Origin: Thermoanaerobaculia bacterium
GTDB lineage: Bacteria > Acidobacteriota > Thermoanaerobaculia > Gp7-AA8
DNA: 64,000 nt
Assembly: GCA_035536275.1 (NCBI GenBank)
Contig: DATLOL010000168.1
Coordinates: 19,179-83,178, forward strand
Reading direction: 5' to 3'
Shown: one piece after another, positions 52,907 to 61,056 of the stretch
Numbering within the stretch: position 1 is the stretch's first letter
Layout of the letters: every line of letters starts with the position of its first letter
The notes under the pieces: generated by a model
What the model saw: only the letters and a program-made list of their open reading frames with translations
The model's database searches: none
What the model was told of the DNA's origin: nothing
Made by a program: the position numbers and the translations under genes

Positions 52907-54094
52907 GCTGACGCCGTTGCGTACTACAAGGCGATCGCGAAGGCGATCCTGCCGCATCTGCGCAACCGGCCGTTATCGTTCAAGCGCTTCCCCGACGACC
53001 TCGGCGGCGAGTTTTTCTGGGAAAGGGACGCGCCGTCGTTCACGCCGAAGTGGGTAAAACGCTTCCCCGTCCCGCGGCGCGAAGGCGGACCGCCGATCGA
53101 CTACATCGTCTGCAACGACGCGCGGACGCTGACCTGGCTCGCGAGCACCGGCGCCGTGGAGCTGCATCCGTTCCTGCACAAGGTGCCGCGCATCGACGTG
53201 GCCACACACGTCGTATTCGATCTCGACCCCGGCGAAGGCGCGGACCTCCGCCACTGCGCGAAGGTCGCACTGCTGCTGCGCGACGCGCTGCCCCTGCAGT
53301 CCTTCGCGAAGGTGTCGGGATCGAAAGGGATCCAGGTCTACGTGCCGCTGAACACCAACGCGACGCACGAGACCACGGAGACGTTCGCACGCCTCGTCGC
53401 CGAGGAGCTCGCGCGCGCGTACCCGAAGCTGATCACCGCAAAGATCTCCAAGCCGCTGCGCCACGGAAAAGTCTTCATCGACTGGAGCCAGAACGCCGAC
53501 TACAAGACCACCGTGGCGGCCTACTCGCTCCGCGCGACAGGCCTGGTGAGCATGCCCGTGCGCTGGAACGAGCTGACAGCTGCGTTCACGCCAGCGCAAG
53601 CGCTCGCGCGAGCGCGCAAGCTGGGCGACCTCTTCGCCCCAGTCCTGAAAATCAAACAAAAAATCGCCCCCCATACGTCCCATGAGTCCCATAGGTCCCC
53701 TAAGTCCCATCAGACCACCCTCCCAAAACCCAACTCCCAATCCGGTAGAAGGCTCTTCCTGATCACCAAAACCGAGACCGGCCCCGAGCTGTGGCTCGAC
53801 ATGCGCTCCCGCTTCAAGCGCTTCCTTCTCAGGCCCGATCGCGAGGGCAGGGGAAAGCTCATCGCCATGCCCGCGGGCGAGTTCGCGATCGATCCCGCGT
53901 ATTACCGCGCCGAGGTGCCGAGGGAGTGGAAGGGGCGGGTCCAGATCGTCGACAGCGGCGCGTATGAGGTCATCGAAGGTTCATGGCAGCGCAAACGCTT
54001 CGACCTCTGGTTCAGCGGGAAGGTGATGTCCGGACGCTGGCTGCTCGAGGCGACCGGCGAGGGTCATCGCTCGTGGCGGCTCACGCCGCAGTGA
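52892..54094 (+). CDS. ligD: LigD polymerase (primase-polymerase) domain protein with C-terminal phosphoesterase-like, apparently degenerate, domain
   Basis: Pol domain: YY.AIA..ILPHL.NRPL...RFPDG, DLDP, K.SG.KG.QVYVPL and GKVFIDW.QN......VAAYS.RA. The C-terminal ~120 aa resemble the PE beta-barrel tail (IVD.G.YE.IEG......F.L.F.G..M.G.W.L) but lack the His-rich metal motif. Confidence 0.75.
   Translation: MRIEKADAVAYYKAIAKAILPHLRNRPLSFKRFPDDLGGEFFWERDAPSFTPKWVKRFPVPRREGGPPIDYIVCNDARTLTWLASTGAVELHPFLHKVPRIDVATHVVFDLDPGEGADLRHCAKVALLLRDALPLQSFAKVSGSKGIQVYVPLNTNATHETTETFARLVAEELARAYPKLITAKISKPLRHGKVFIDWSQNADYKTTVAAYSLRATGLVSMPVRWNELTAAFTPAQALARARKLGDLFAPVLKIKQKIAPHTSHESHRSPKSHQTTLPKPNSQSGRRLFLITKTETGPELWLDMRSRFKRFLLRPDREGRGKLIAMPAGEFAIDPAYYRAEVPREWKGRVQIVDSGAYEVIEGSWQRKRFDLWFSGKVMSGRWLLEATGEGHRSWRLTPQ
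53669..53710. repeat. 9-nt periodic repeat (reverse complement of the ATGGGAC type) inside the LigD-like CDS linker
   Basis: cccatacgtcccatgagtcccataggtcccctaagtcccat, translated as HTSHESHRSPKSH. It is the reverse-complement relative of 2808-2846. Confidence 0.75.
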
Positions 54095-54989
54095 CGATGC
54101 GGTGGCGCGTGCCCTGGAGGATCTTGCGCACGTCCGGCTTCGCCCCGCGCAACGACTCGGCGATGAGATTGCGCAGCTCGACCGGCTCGACCGGCTTGTA
54201 GAGCACGGCCGCGACGAGGTCGCGATCGGCCTCGCTGACCAACTGGTCGCTGAAGCCGGTGATGATGTACAGGTGCCGCGGGCGCACTTCTCCGCGCGTT
54301 CGGAGAAAGTCCAGCACTTCCCAGCCCGAGAGGCGGGGCATGTTTAGATCGAGCAGGGCCACGTCGTAGCGACGGGTCTTCATGGCCTCGATCGCGTCAC
54401 GCCCGCTGGCGACGATGTCCGCCTCCACGCCGACGCGAGCCGCGACCTGCGTGTACATCTGGCGGATCAGCGCCTCGTCGTCGGCCATGAGGATGCGCTT
54501 GCCCTCCCACTCGTTCCCACAGGCCGTGAGCGCATCGCGCAGCGCGGCGGGATCTGCGTAGCGCTGCGCGGGATCCTTCTTCAGGCAGCGCCGGATCACC
54601 GCTTCGACCTTGCGCGGCACCTGCGGCGGCAGCTCCATCGGCTCCTGGGAGCACGCCGCGAGCATCACCGCGGCCGGCGACGAACCGCGGAACGGCGGAT
54701 GTCCGGCCAGCATGTGGTAGAGGATCGCGCCGATCGAGTAGACGTCGGACGCCGCCGAGGCGGGCTTGCCGAGGATCCGCTCCGGCGAGGCGTACTGGCC
54801 GTAGCGGGAGCGATCGGCAGTGCCGGGAGGCAGCACGCCGATGCCGGTGTCGGACACGGAGATCGACGACGGCCAGAGCTCGCCGTGCACGAAGTTCAAC
54901 TCGTTCGCGAGCTCACGCCCGATGCGCACGACCTCGTCGGCAGGCATCGGCCCGCCCGCCATCAAAACCGAGAGGGGCTCCGAGGACAT
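54081..54989 (-). CDS. Ser/Thr-kinase C-lobe-only pseudokinase fused to a receiver domain
   Basis: The N-terminal ~150 aa align by eye to the Hanks kinase C-lobe: HGELWPSSI in place of HRDLKPxNI, DTG for DFG, SPE for APE, then DVYSIGAILYHMLAGHPPF. There is no N-lobe, G-loop or VAIK motif. The C-terminal REC (ILMADDE ; DVALLDLNMP ; KP) looks canonical. Confidence 0.75.
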   Translation of the reverse strand: MSSEPLSVLMAGGPMPADEVVRIGRELANELNFVHGELWPSSISVSDTGIGVLPPGTADRSRYGQYASPERILGKPASAASDVYSIGAILYHMLAGHPPFRGSSPAAVMLAACSQEPMELPPQVPRKVEAVIRRCLKKDPAQRYADPAALRDALTACGNEWEGKRILMADDEALIRQMYTQVAARVGVEADIVASGRDAIEAMKTRRYDVALLDLNMPRLSGWEVLDFLRTRGEVRPRHLYIITGFSDQLVSEADRDLVAAVLYKPVEPVELRNLIAESLRGAKPDVRKILQGTRHRIVTAA

Positions 54990-55026
54990 GGAATCGGCGG
55001 AGGGACGTGCATCCGCCGTGCCTCCG

Positions 55027-57129
55027 TCACTTCACGGCGAGCGTCGCCAGCAGCCACGCGTAATCCGCCGCCTCGTCGCGGAGCTTGTCGTAGCGTCCCG
55101 AGGCGCCGCCGTGGCCCGCGCCCATGTTGGTGCGCAGCAGCAGCACGTTCTCGTCGGTCTTGTTCGCGCGCAGACGGGCCACCCACTTCGCCGCTTCCCA
55201 GTAGCCGACCTGCGAGTCGTTCAGCGACGTCCGGACCAGCATCGACGGATACTTTTTCTTCTCCACATTCGAGTACGGGTCGTAGCTCTTCATGTAGAAG
55301 TAGGCGTCCTTGTCGTTCGGATTGCCCCACTCGATGTACTCCTGCGTCGTCAGCGGGAGCGTCGGATCGGACATCGTGTTGATGACGTCGACGAACGGCA
55401 CGTACGCCATCACGGCCTTGAACAGATCCGGGCGCATGTTGATCACCGCCCCCATCAGCAGTCCGCCGGCGCTGCCGCCGGAGATGGCCAGCTTGTCCGG
55501 CGTCGTGTACTCGTTCTTCACCAGGTAATCGGCCACGGCGATGAAATCGGTGAAGGTGTTCTTCTTCGACATCATCCGCCCCTGCTCGTGCCACTCCTTG
55601 CCCATCTCCCCGCCGCCGCGGATGTTCGCGAGCACGTACACCACGCCGCGGTCCACGAGCGAGAAGCGGTTGGAGCTGAAGCCGGCCGACTGCGACGAGC
55701 CGTACGAGCCGTACGCGTACAGCAGCGTCGGATTCTTGCCCTTCGGGTTCAGGTCCTTGCGATAGACGAGCGCCACCGGGACCTTCGCCCCGTCCGGCGC
55801 GGGCACGAAGAAGCGGTCGACCTTGTACTTCGCCGGATCGTAGCCGCCGAGGACCTCGTTGCGCTTGAGCAGGACCTGCTTGCGCGAGTCGAGATCGTAG
55901 TCGTACACCGAGGCCGGGGTGATGAAGGACTGGTAGGTGTAGCGGTAGACGTTCGTGTCGAACTCCACGTTCGCGCTCGGACTCACCGCATACGCCGCCT
56001 CGGGGAAGCTGATCCAATGCGACTTGCCGCCGCCGGCGTCCGCGTGCAGGTCGTAGATCTCGAGATGCGACAGGCCGCCCTCGCGCAGGCGAACGACCAT
56101 GTGGTTCTTGAACAGGTCGATCGACTCGAGACGGATGGGCTTGCGATGCGGGATGAGCTCTTTCCAGTTCTTCTGCGCGTAGTTCATCACCGGCGCGGTG
56201 GCGACACGGTAGTTGATGCCCGTGTCGTTGGTGAGGAAGTAGAAGAGGTCTCCGCGATGATCGGGGTAGTACTTGTGATCGGTCTTGCGCGGGAGCATCA
56301 CCACCGGCGTCGTGTCCGGCTTCGCGGCCGGGATGAGCTGCGCCTCGCTGGTGGTCTTGGAGTCGGCGATGACGAAGATCCAGTCGCCGCTTCGGGAGCG
56401 GTCGACGTACGCGTCGAACAGCTCGTCCTTCTCCTCGTAAACCACCGCGGGCGTCTCGCCGAGGACGTGGCGGAAGACGCGGTTGGAGCGCTTGGCGTCG
56501 TTCTCGGTCGAGTAGAACAGCGTCTTGTTGTCCTTCGCCCACTCCAGAGACGTGATGCGCTCGGCGAGGTTCTCCGTGACTTTGCCGGTGCGGAGATCCT
56601 TCACGTGCAGCCGATACTGGCGGTAGCCCGTGTCGTCGGTGGTGAAGGCGAGCAGGTTCGTGTCGTCGGACACGGCCATCGCCCCCACGCTCATGAACTT
56701 CTTTCCCTCGGCGAGCTGATTGACGTCGAGGAGGATCTCCTCCGCCGCCTCCAGGTTGCCCTTCTTCCGCGCGTGGATGGAGTACTGCTTCCCTTCCAAC
56801 GTCCGCGAGTAATAGAGGTAGCCGTTGCGGCGGTACGGGACGTTGATGTCGGTCTGCTTGATGCGGCCGAGCATCTCGTCGTAGAGCTTCTTCTCCAGAT
56901 CGGCCAGCGGCTTCGTGACCGCGGCCGCGTACGCGTTCTCGGCCTCGAGATACGCGAGCGTCTCGGCGCTTTTCTTGTCGCGCAGCCATCCGTAGTCGTC
57001 GAGACGGGTGTCGCCGTGCAGCGTGATCGATTTCGGGACCTTCTTCGCCGCCGGAGGCAGCGGAATGTCGGTAGCGAGGAGAGGGAGAGTGGCGGCAGTC
57101 ATGGCGAGGAACGCGAGAAGACGTTTCAT
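55027..57129 (-). CDS. ptrB: S9A prolyl oligopeptidase family, oligopeptidase B-like, secreted
   Basis: An N-terminal beta-propeller region begins D.Y.WLRD. The catalytic domain has GGSAGGLL (Ser), D..V.. and ..GHGG (His). Start MKRLLAF at 57129. Confidence 0.85.
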   Translation of the reverse strand: MKRLLAFLAMTAATLPLLATDIPLPPAAKKVPKSITLHGDTRLDDYGWLRDKKSAETLAYLEAENAYAAAVTKPLADLEKKLYDEMLGRIKQTDINVPYRRNGYLYYSRTLEGKQYSIHARKKGNLEAAEEILLDVNQLAEGKKFMSVGAMAVSDDTNLLAFTTDDTGYRQYRLHVKDLRTGKVTENLAERITSLEWAKDNKTLFYSTENDAKRSNRVFRHVLGETPAVVYEEKDELFDAYVDRSRSGDWIFVIADSKTTSEAQLIPAAKPDTTPVVMLPRKTDHKYYPDHRGDLFYFLTNDTGINYRVATAPVMNYAQKNWKELIPHRKPIRLESIDLFKNHMVVRLREGGLSHLEIYDLHADAGGGKSHWISFPEAAYAVSPSANVEFDTNVYRYTYQSFITPASVYDYDLDSRKQVLLKRNEVLGGYDPAKYKVDRFFVPAPDGAKVPVALVYRKDLNPKGKNPTLLYAYGSYGSSQSAGFSSNRFSLVDRGVVYVLANIRGGGEMGKEWHEQGRMMSKKNTFTDFIAVADYLVKNEYTTPDKLAISGGSAGGLLMGAVINMRPDLFKAVMAYVPFVDVINTMSDPTLPLTTQEYIEWGNPNDKDAYFYMKSYDPYSNVEKKKYPSMLVRTSLNDSQVGYWEAAKWVARLRANKTDENVLLLRTNMGAGHGGASGRYDKLRDEAADYAWLLATLAVK

Positions 57130-57175
57130 CGCGACACTGAAAGCCGGGCTCGGCGGCGGGCATTCCCGCTGGACG

Positions 57176-57265
57176 ATGTTGCTGGTTGCTGGTTCCTCGT
57201 TGCTGGCGGGACATGGCTCGCCAGCCGGAACTGCGCGAGCAACCAGCAACCAGCAACACAGCAAC
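57176..57265. repeat. Palindromic element, family B
   Basis: atgttgctggttgctggttcctcgttgctgg ... gagcaaccagcaaccagcaacacagcaac. Confidence 0.85.
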
Positions 57266-57270
57266 CGCTC

Positions 57271-58242
57271 TCACAGAATCAGGTGCAGATCTCCGAACTC
57301 GTGCCAGAGGTACTTCTCCGCCAGCGCCGCGTCGTAGGACTTGCGCACGTGAGCCGGTCCCGCGAGCGCCTCGAGCATTGCGAGGTGCGTGGCGCGGGGC
57401 TCGTGCAGGCCGGTGAGCAGCGCGTCGACGACGCGCAGGCCGCGGTCGGGGGTGATGACGAGGTCCGTCCAGCCGCGTGACGCGATGACACGGCCGGCGC
57501 GGTCCACGCTCGACTCGAGCGCGCGCACCACCGTCGTTCCCACCGCGACCACGCGTCCGCCGCGGGCCTTCGCCCGCCGCACCTCCTCGGCCGTGCGCTG
57601 GGGCACCTCGTACAGCTCGTCGTACGGGCGTTCGTGCGATTCGAGCGACGCGACGCCCGCGTGCAGCACCAGTTTCGCCAGACGCACGCCGCGACGGCGC
57701 AGGCAGACCAGCATCTGTCGCGTGAACGCGCGTCCGGCGGAGGGCATCTCGGCCGATCCCGGCTCGTCGGCGTACACGGTCTGGTACGCATCGATCGGAA
57801 AGCGTCGATCGATGTACGAGTACGTGATCGGACGTCCGAAACGCGAGAGGTACGCGCGGAGATCGGCCACGCCGTCGAGGCGTGCGACCCAGAGACGGCC
57901 CGAGTCGCGGCAGGGCGTGAGCAGGGTGATTTTTGCACCGCCGGGAAGGACAGGCGGGATCGCCTCTCCTCCACCGCGCGGCTCGACCACCACCAGCCCG
58001 CCCGGCAGCGGCGTCGAGAAGTGCAGGTTCCCGATCGCCGCGGGGAGCGTCGCCGTCGTGTTCAACACGACCAGGTCGCCGGCGCGAAGGAATCGCGGCA
58101 GATCGCGAAAGTGCGCGTGCACGATCGAGTCGTCGTCGCGGCGGGAGACCATCAGACGCACGTCGTCGCGGCCGTCGCCGCGCAGCTCGGCCGGCTCGCG
58201 CGCCTCCAGCTCGCGCGGCAGGACGAAGTCCAGCGTGGTCAT
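57271..58242 (-). CDS. queA: S-adenosylmethionine:tRNA ribosyltransferase-isomerase family protein
   Basis: D..LP.ELIA-like N-terminus, RLMV, LVVLN.T...P, YQTVYA..PGS.E.PSAG..FT, LH.GV.S, .A.GTT..RALES and L.T.FH.P.. Some canonical blocks diverge, so it may be a QueA paralog family. ATGA overlap with the SDR stop. Confidence 0.75.
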   Translation of the reverse strand: MTTLDFVLPRELEAREPAELRGDGRDDVRLMVSRRDDDSIVHAHFRDLPRFLRAGDLVVLNTTATLPAAIGNLHFSTPLPGGLVVVEPRGGGEAIPPVLPGGAKITLLTPCRDSGRLWVARLDGVADLRAYLSRFGRPITYSYIDRRFPIDAYQTVYADEPGSAEMPSAGRAFTRQMLVCLRRRGVRLAKLVLHAGVASLESHERPYDELYEVPQRTAEEVRRAKARGGRVVAVGTTVVRALESSVDRAGRVIASRGWTDLVITPDRGLRVVDALLTGLHEPRATHLAMLEALAGPAHVRKSYDAALAEKYLWHEFGDLHLIL

Positions 58243-58871
58243 GCCGCCTCCTCGATCACCGAGACGATCCGCGGCGCGACGCTCTCCGGCAGGGGCAGAT
58301 GAGAGATGTCGCCGCCGTCGATCGCGTCCTGGTGCATCTGCGTGCGCATCTCGCCGGGATCGATGACGTGCACGCGCACGCCCGTGCCCTCCAGCTCGAC
58401 GGCCAGCGTGCGGGACATGTGCTCCAGCGCGGCCTTGCTCGCGCCGTAGCCTCCCCATCCCGGATACGCGTTCACCGCGGCGTCGGACGAGATGTTGACG
58501 ATTACGCCGTCGCCGCGCGCACGCATCTGCGGCAGGACGAGCTGGGTGAGATGCAGTGGCGCGACGGCGTTCACCTTGAACACGCGCAGCAGCGCGTCCC
58601 ACGGATAGTCGGCCAGGCGCGGCATCGGCAGCGGGCCGAGCTCGGAGGCGTTGTTGACCAGGACGTCGACGCGTCCCGCGCGCGCCACGAGCTCTTCGGC
58701 GATCTCGGAGACGTCGCCCGGAACGGCGATCGCGCCGAGCTCCCAGGCCAGCTCCTGCAGCGGTTCAGTACGGCGGGCATTGAGAATGAGGCGGTAGCCG
58801 CGCGAGTCGAGCAGCCGCGCAATCGCGCGTCCGAGTCCCTGCGAGGCGCCGGTGATCAGTGCAGTCTTCAT
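58239..58871 (-). CDS. Short-chain dehydrogenase/reductase (SDR)
   Basis: TGASQGLGRAIA (TGxxxGxG), NNAS and Y...KAAL (YxxxK). Start MKTALITG at 58871. Confidence 0.9.
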   Translation of the reverse strand: MKTALITGASQGLGRAIARLLDSRGYRLILNARRTEPLQELAWELGAIAVPGDVSEIAEELVARAGRVDVLVNNASELGPLPMPRLADYPWDALLRVFKVNAVAPLHLTQLVLPQMRARGDGVIVNISSDAAVNAYPGWGGYGASKAALEHMSRTLAVELEGTGVRVHVIDPGEMRTQMHQDAIDGGDISHLPLPESVAPRIVSVIEEAA

Positions 58872-58993
58872 GGACACAAAATGCGTCCGCACCAGCTTCG
58901 AAGACCTCGTCCGAAAGGACAGGGGGAGGGAATGGCCTTTCTTCCGCCCCTCCTTCCTCATGAAAGCCAAACTCGCTGCAACCCTCTTCTTCG

Positions 58994-61055
58994 TTGCCCT
59001 CTCACGAGATGCCCGCCCTCCGGGTGAAATTGCTCGCCGTCGCCCCCGAGCATCCCCAGCCGGAAGAGACCACGGAAGTCAGGTTGACGATCGACAACGC
59101 CGGGGCGGCCACGGACGTCGAGGTCGCGTTCCATGCCGAGGACGACCAGCTCGCGACGCACACGGTGACGATCCCCGCACACGGCGAAGTCACCGTGGCG
59201 GTCCCGTGGATGGCGAAGACCGCCGGCACGTACACGCTCGCCGCGATCGTCGATCCCGGGCGCGAGCTCGACGAGCGCGATCGCTACGACAACGTGGCCA
59301 TGCTCGACGTGGTCGTGTCCGAGCCGCCCGCCGTCGAAGCGGACTTTGCGCTGACGGCGATGGAGGCTTTCATGCCCCCGGACGCCCCGGGCGGCCTTCG
59401 CATCGAAGTCGCCAACGTGGGCGACGTCGCGGCGAGCGCTCCCGTGATCGTGCGGCGCGACGGCCGGCGCGTGGCGGTCCTGCCGGCCGGTCCGATCGAC
59501 GCCGGCAAGAGCGTCACCGTCGAAATGCCGTGGAGCGATCCCGATCGCGGTAAGTGGAGCGCGGAAGTCAATCCGCGATACGCCGCCGCCGAACCGGACG
59601 CGAAGAACAACACGATCGTCGCCGGCCCGCCCACCTCGGGGGCGGACCTGCGCATCGAGTCCCTCGCGTTTCACACGCAATCCGACGGGAGAGAGCGGCG
59701 GAACATCGGCATCAACTTCCGCATCGTGAACGACGGTGGGCAGGACATCGACAAACCTTTCCGCACGCGCATCGATCCGGGCGCCGTCGATCCCGACGGG
59801 AACCTCGTCCCCGCGTACGTCACGACGGATGCGCTGCCCGCGGGCGGAGTCGTGTACGTGTCGCACATCTTCGAGTCGGCGCCGGACGACTTCGCGGTCA
59901 CCGCGTCCGCCGACGTCGATGGCGCGGCCGACGAGGACGACGAGGACAACAACGAGCTGCTGGACGAGTTTCATCACGCCGCACTCGAGCCGGATCGCTG
60001 GGTCTCCATCGGCCCCCGAAACATCATCAACTCGAACAACCACGGCTACGGATGGACCGAGGCCACGGGACGCCTTTCCACGATGGCCATCCATCCGACG
60101 CAGACGTCGACGCTGTACGTCGGCGCGCAGTTGAGCGGTGTGTGGAGGACGATGGACGGCGGAACGACCTGGTCCGCGCTGGCCGAAGGCGCTCCGATGC
60201 GCATCGCCGCGCACCCGACCTGGTCGATGATCAAAGGCGGCGACGGCGCGACGGTCGACATCGATCCGACCAACTCCTCGAATCATGTACGCGATGCACC
60301 AGTACGTGGACAGCGTCTCGCGCTCCACGAACGAGGGCGGCAGCTTCAACCTCATCACCAACGGACTGATCGGCGGGTCGATCTGCCAGAACCTCCATTC
60401 CCAGGTCCACCCGAGCCGGCCGGCGACGCTGGCCGCTTCCTGCAAGTTCCTCTGGCGCTCGCTGAACGCCGGCGCCAACTGGACCGCGTTCTTCGGGCCA
60501 CTCACCGGAGGAGAGACGCTCCGAACGACGATCGACGGGCCGGACAACACCTTCTACGCCGGCAGCAGCGGCGGATGGATCTGGGTCGGCGTCAATGGCA
60601 GTAACTGGCAGAACATCTTTCAGCATCGCCCTCCACGGCCGGTCACGGACCTGGAGATCAATCCCGACAATCGCGCGCAGCTCTATGCCTCGTTCGGCGG
60701 CACCGGTGCGAAGCGGGTCTATCGCTTCGTGCGGAGCTCCGTGACCGGTACCTTCACGGCGCAGGACATCAGCGCCGACCTTCCGGAGAATCTCCTTGTC
60801 CGAACGCTCGCCGTCGACAGGAATCGCCCGCTCACCGTCTATGCCGGCACCGACCGCGGCGTGTACCAGGGCCGCGCGACCAGTCACGGATTGTTCTGGT
60901 TCTGGCGGCCCTACATGAACGGCATGCCGCCCGCGGACGTGCGCGATCTGGAAGTGCATCCGGAGACGGGGATCATGCGCGCGTTCACCCACGGCCGCAG
61001 CGCGTTCGAAGTGACGACGTCCAAAGGCGGAGGCGACGTGGTGACGCCACAGTAA
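58994..61055 (+). pseudogene. CARDB-repeat + BNR/sialidase-like beta-propeller protein, interrupted by a +1 frameshift near 60270-60290 (pseudogene or assembly indel)
   Basis: Frame A (58994-60604) carries three CARDB-like modules, then propeller motifs up to ..GATVDIDPTNSS, and degenerates into Arg/Pro nonsense afterwards. Frame B opens at 60231 and continues sensibly from IMYAMHQYVDSVSRSTNEGGSF to the stop at 61055. The joint reads DPTNSS|IMYA, typical of a propeller blade motif. Confidence 0.6.
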
Positions 61056-61056
61056 G

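Noticed and set aside
2808-53710. Reading the two opposite-orientation ATGGGAC half-repeats as endpoints of a ~51-kb inversion.
   Set aside because: There is only about 40 nt of low-complexity similarity. No compositional or strand-bias discontinuity is visible at either end, and no comparative data are available. It is kept only as a hypothesis within a finding.
10643-57265. Calling the hairpin families MITEs or IS-derived mobile elements.
   Set aside because: No transposase, RAYT or integrase gene is present in the window. I could not identify target-site duplications by eye. They are reported as repeats of unknown mobility.
54820-57480. 886-aa plus-strand ORF. Similar long ORFs lie at 50495-52876 (+), 17092-18822 (-), 25730-27121 (+), 22496-24007 (+), 5606-6892 (-), 736-2445 (-), 9314-10072 (-) and 44679-45749 (-).
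   Set aside because: All are antisense to genes with clear family motifs. Their translations are dominated by R/A/G/H/D/E runs with no recognisable domains. This is the expected behaviour of stop-poor antisense frames in high-GC DNA.
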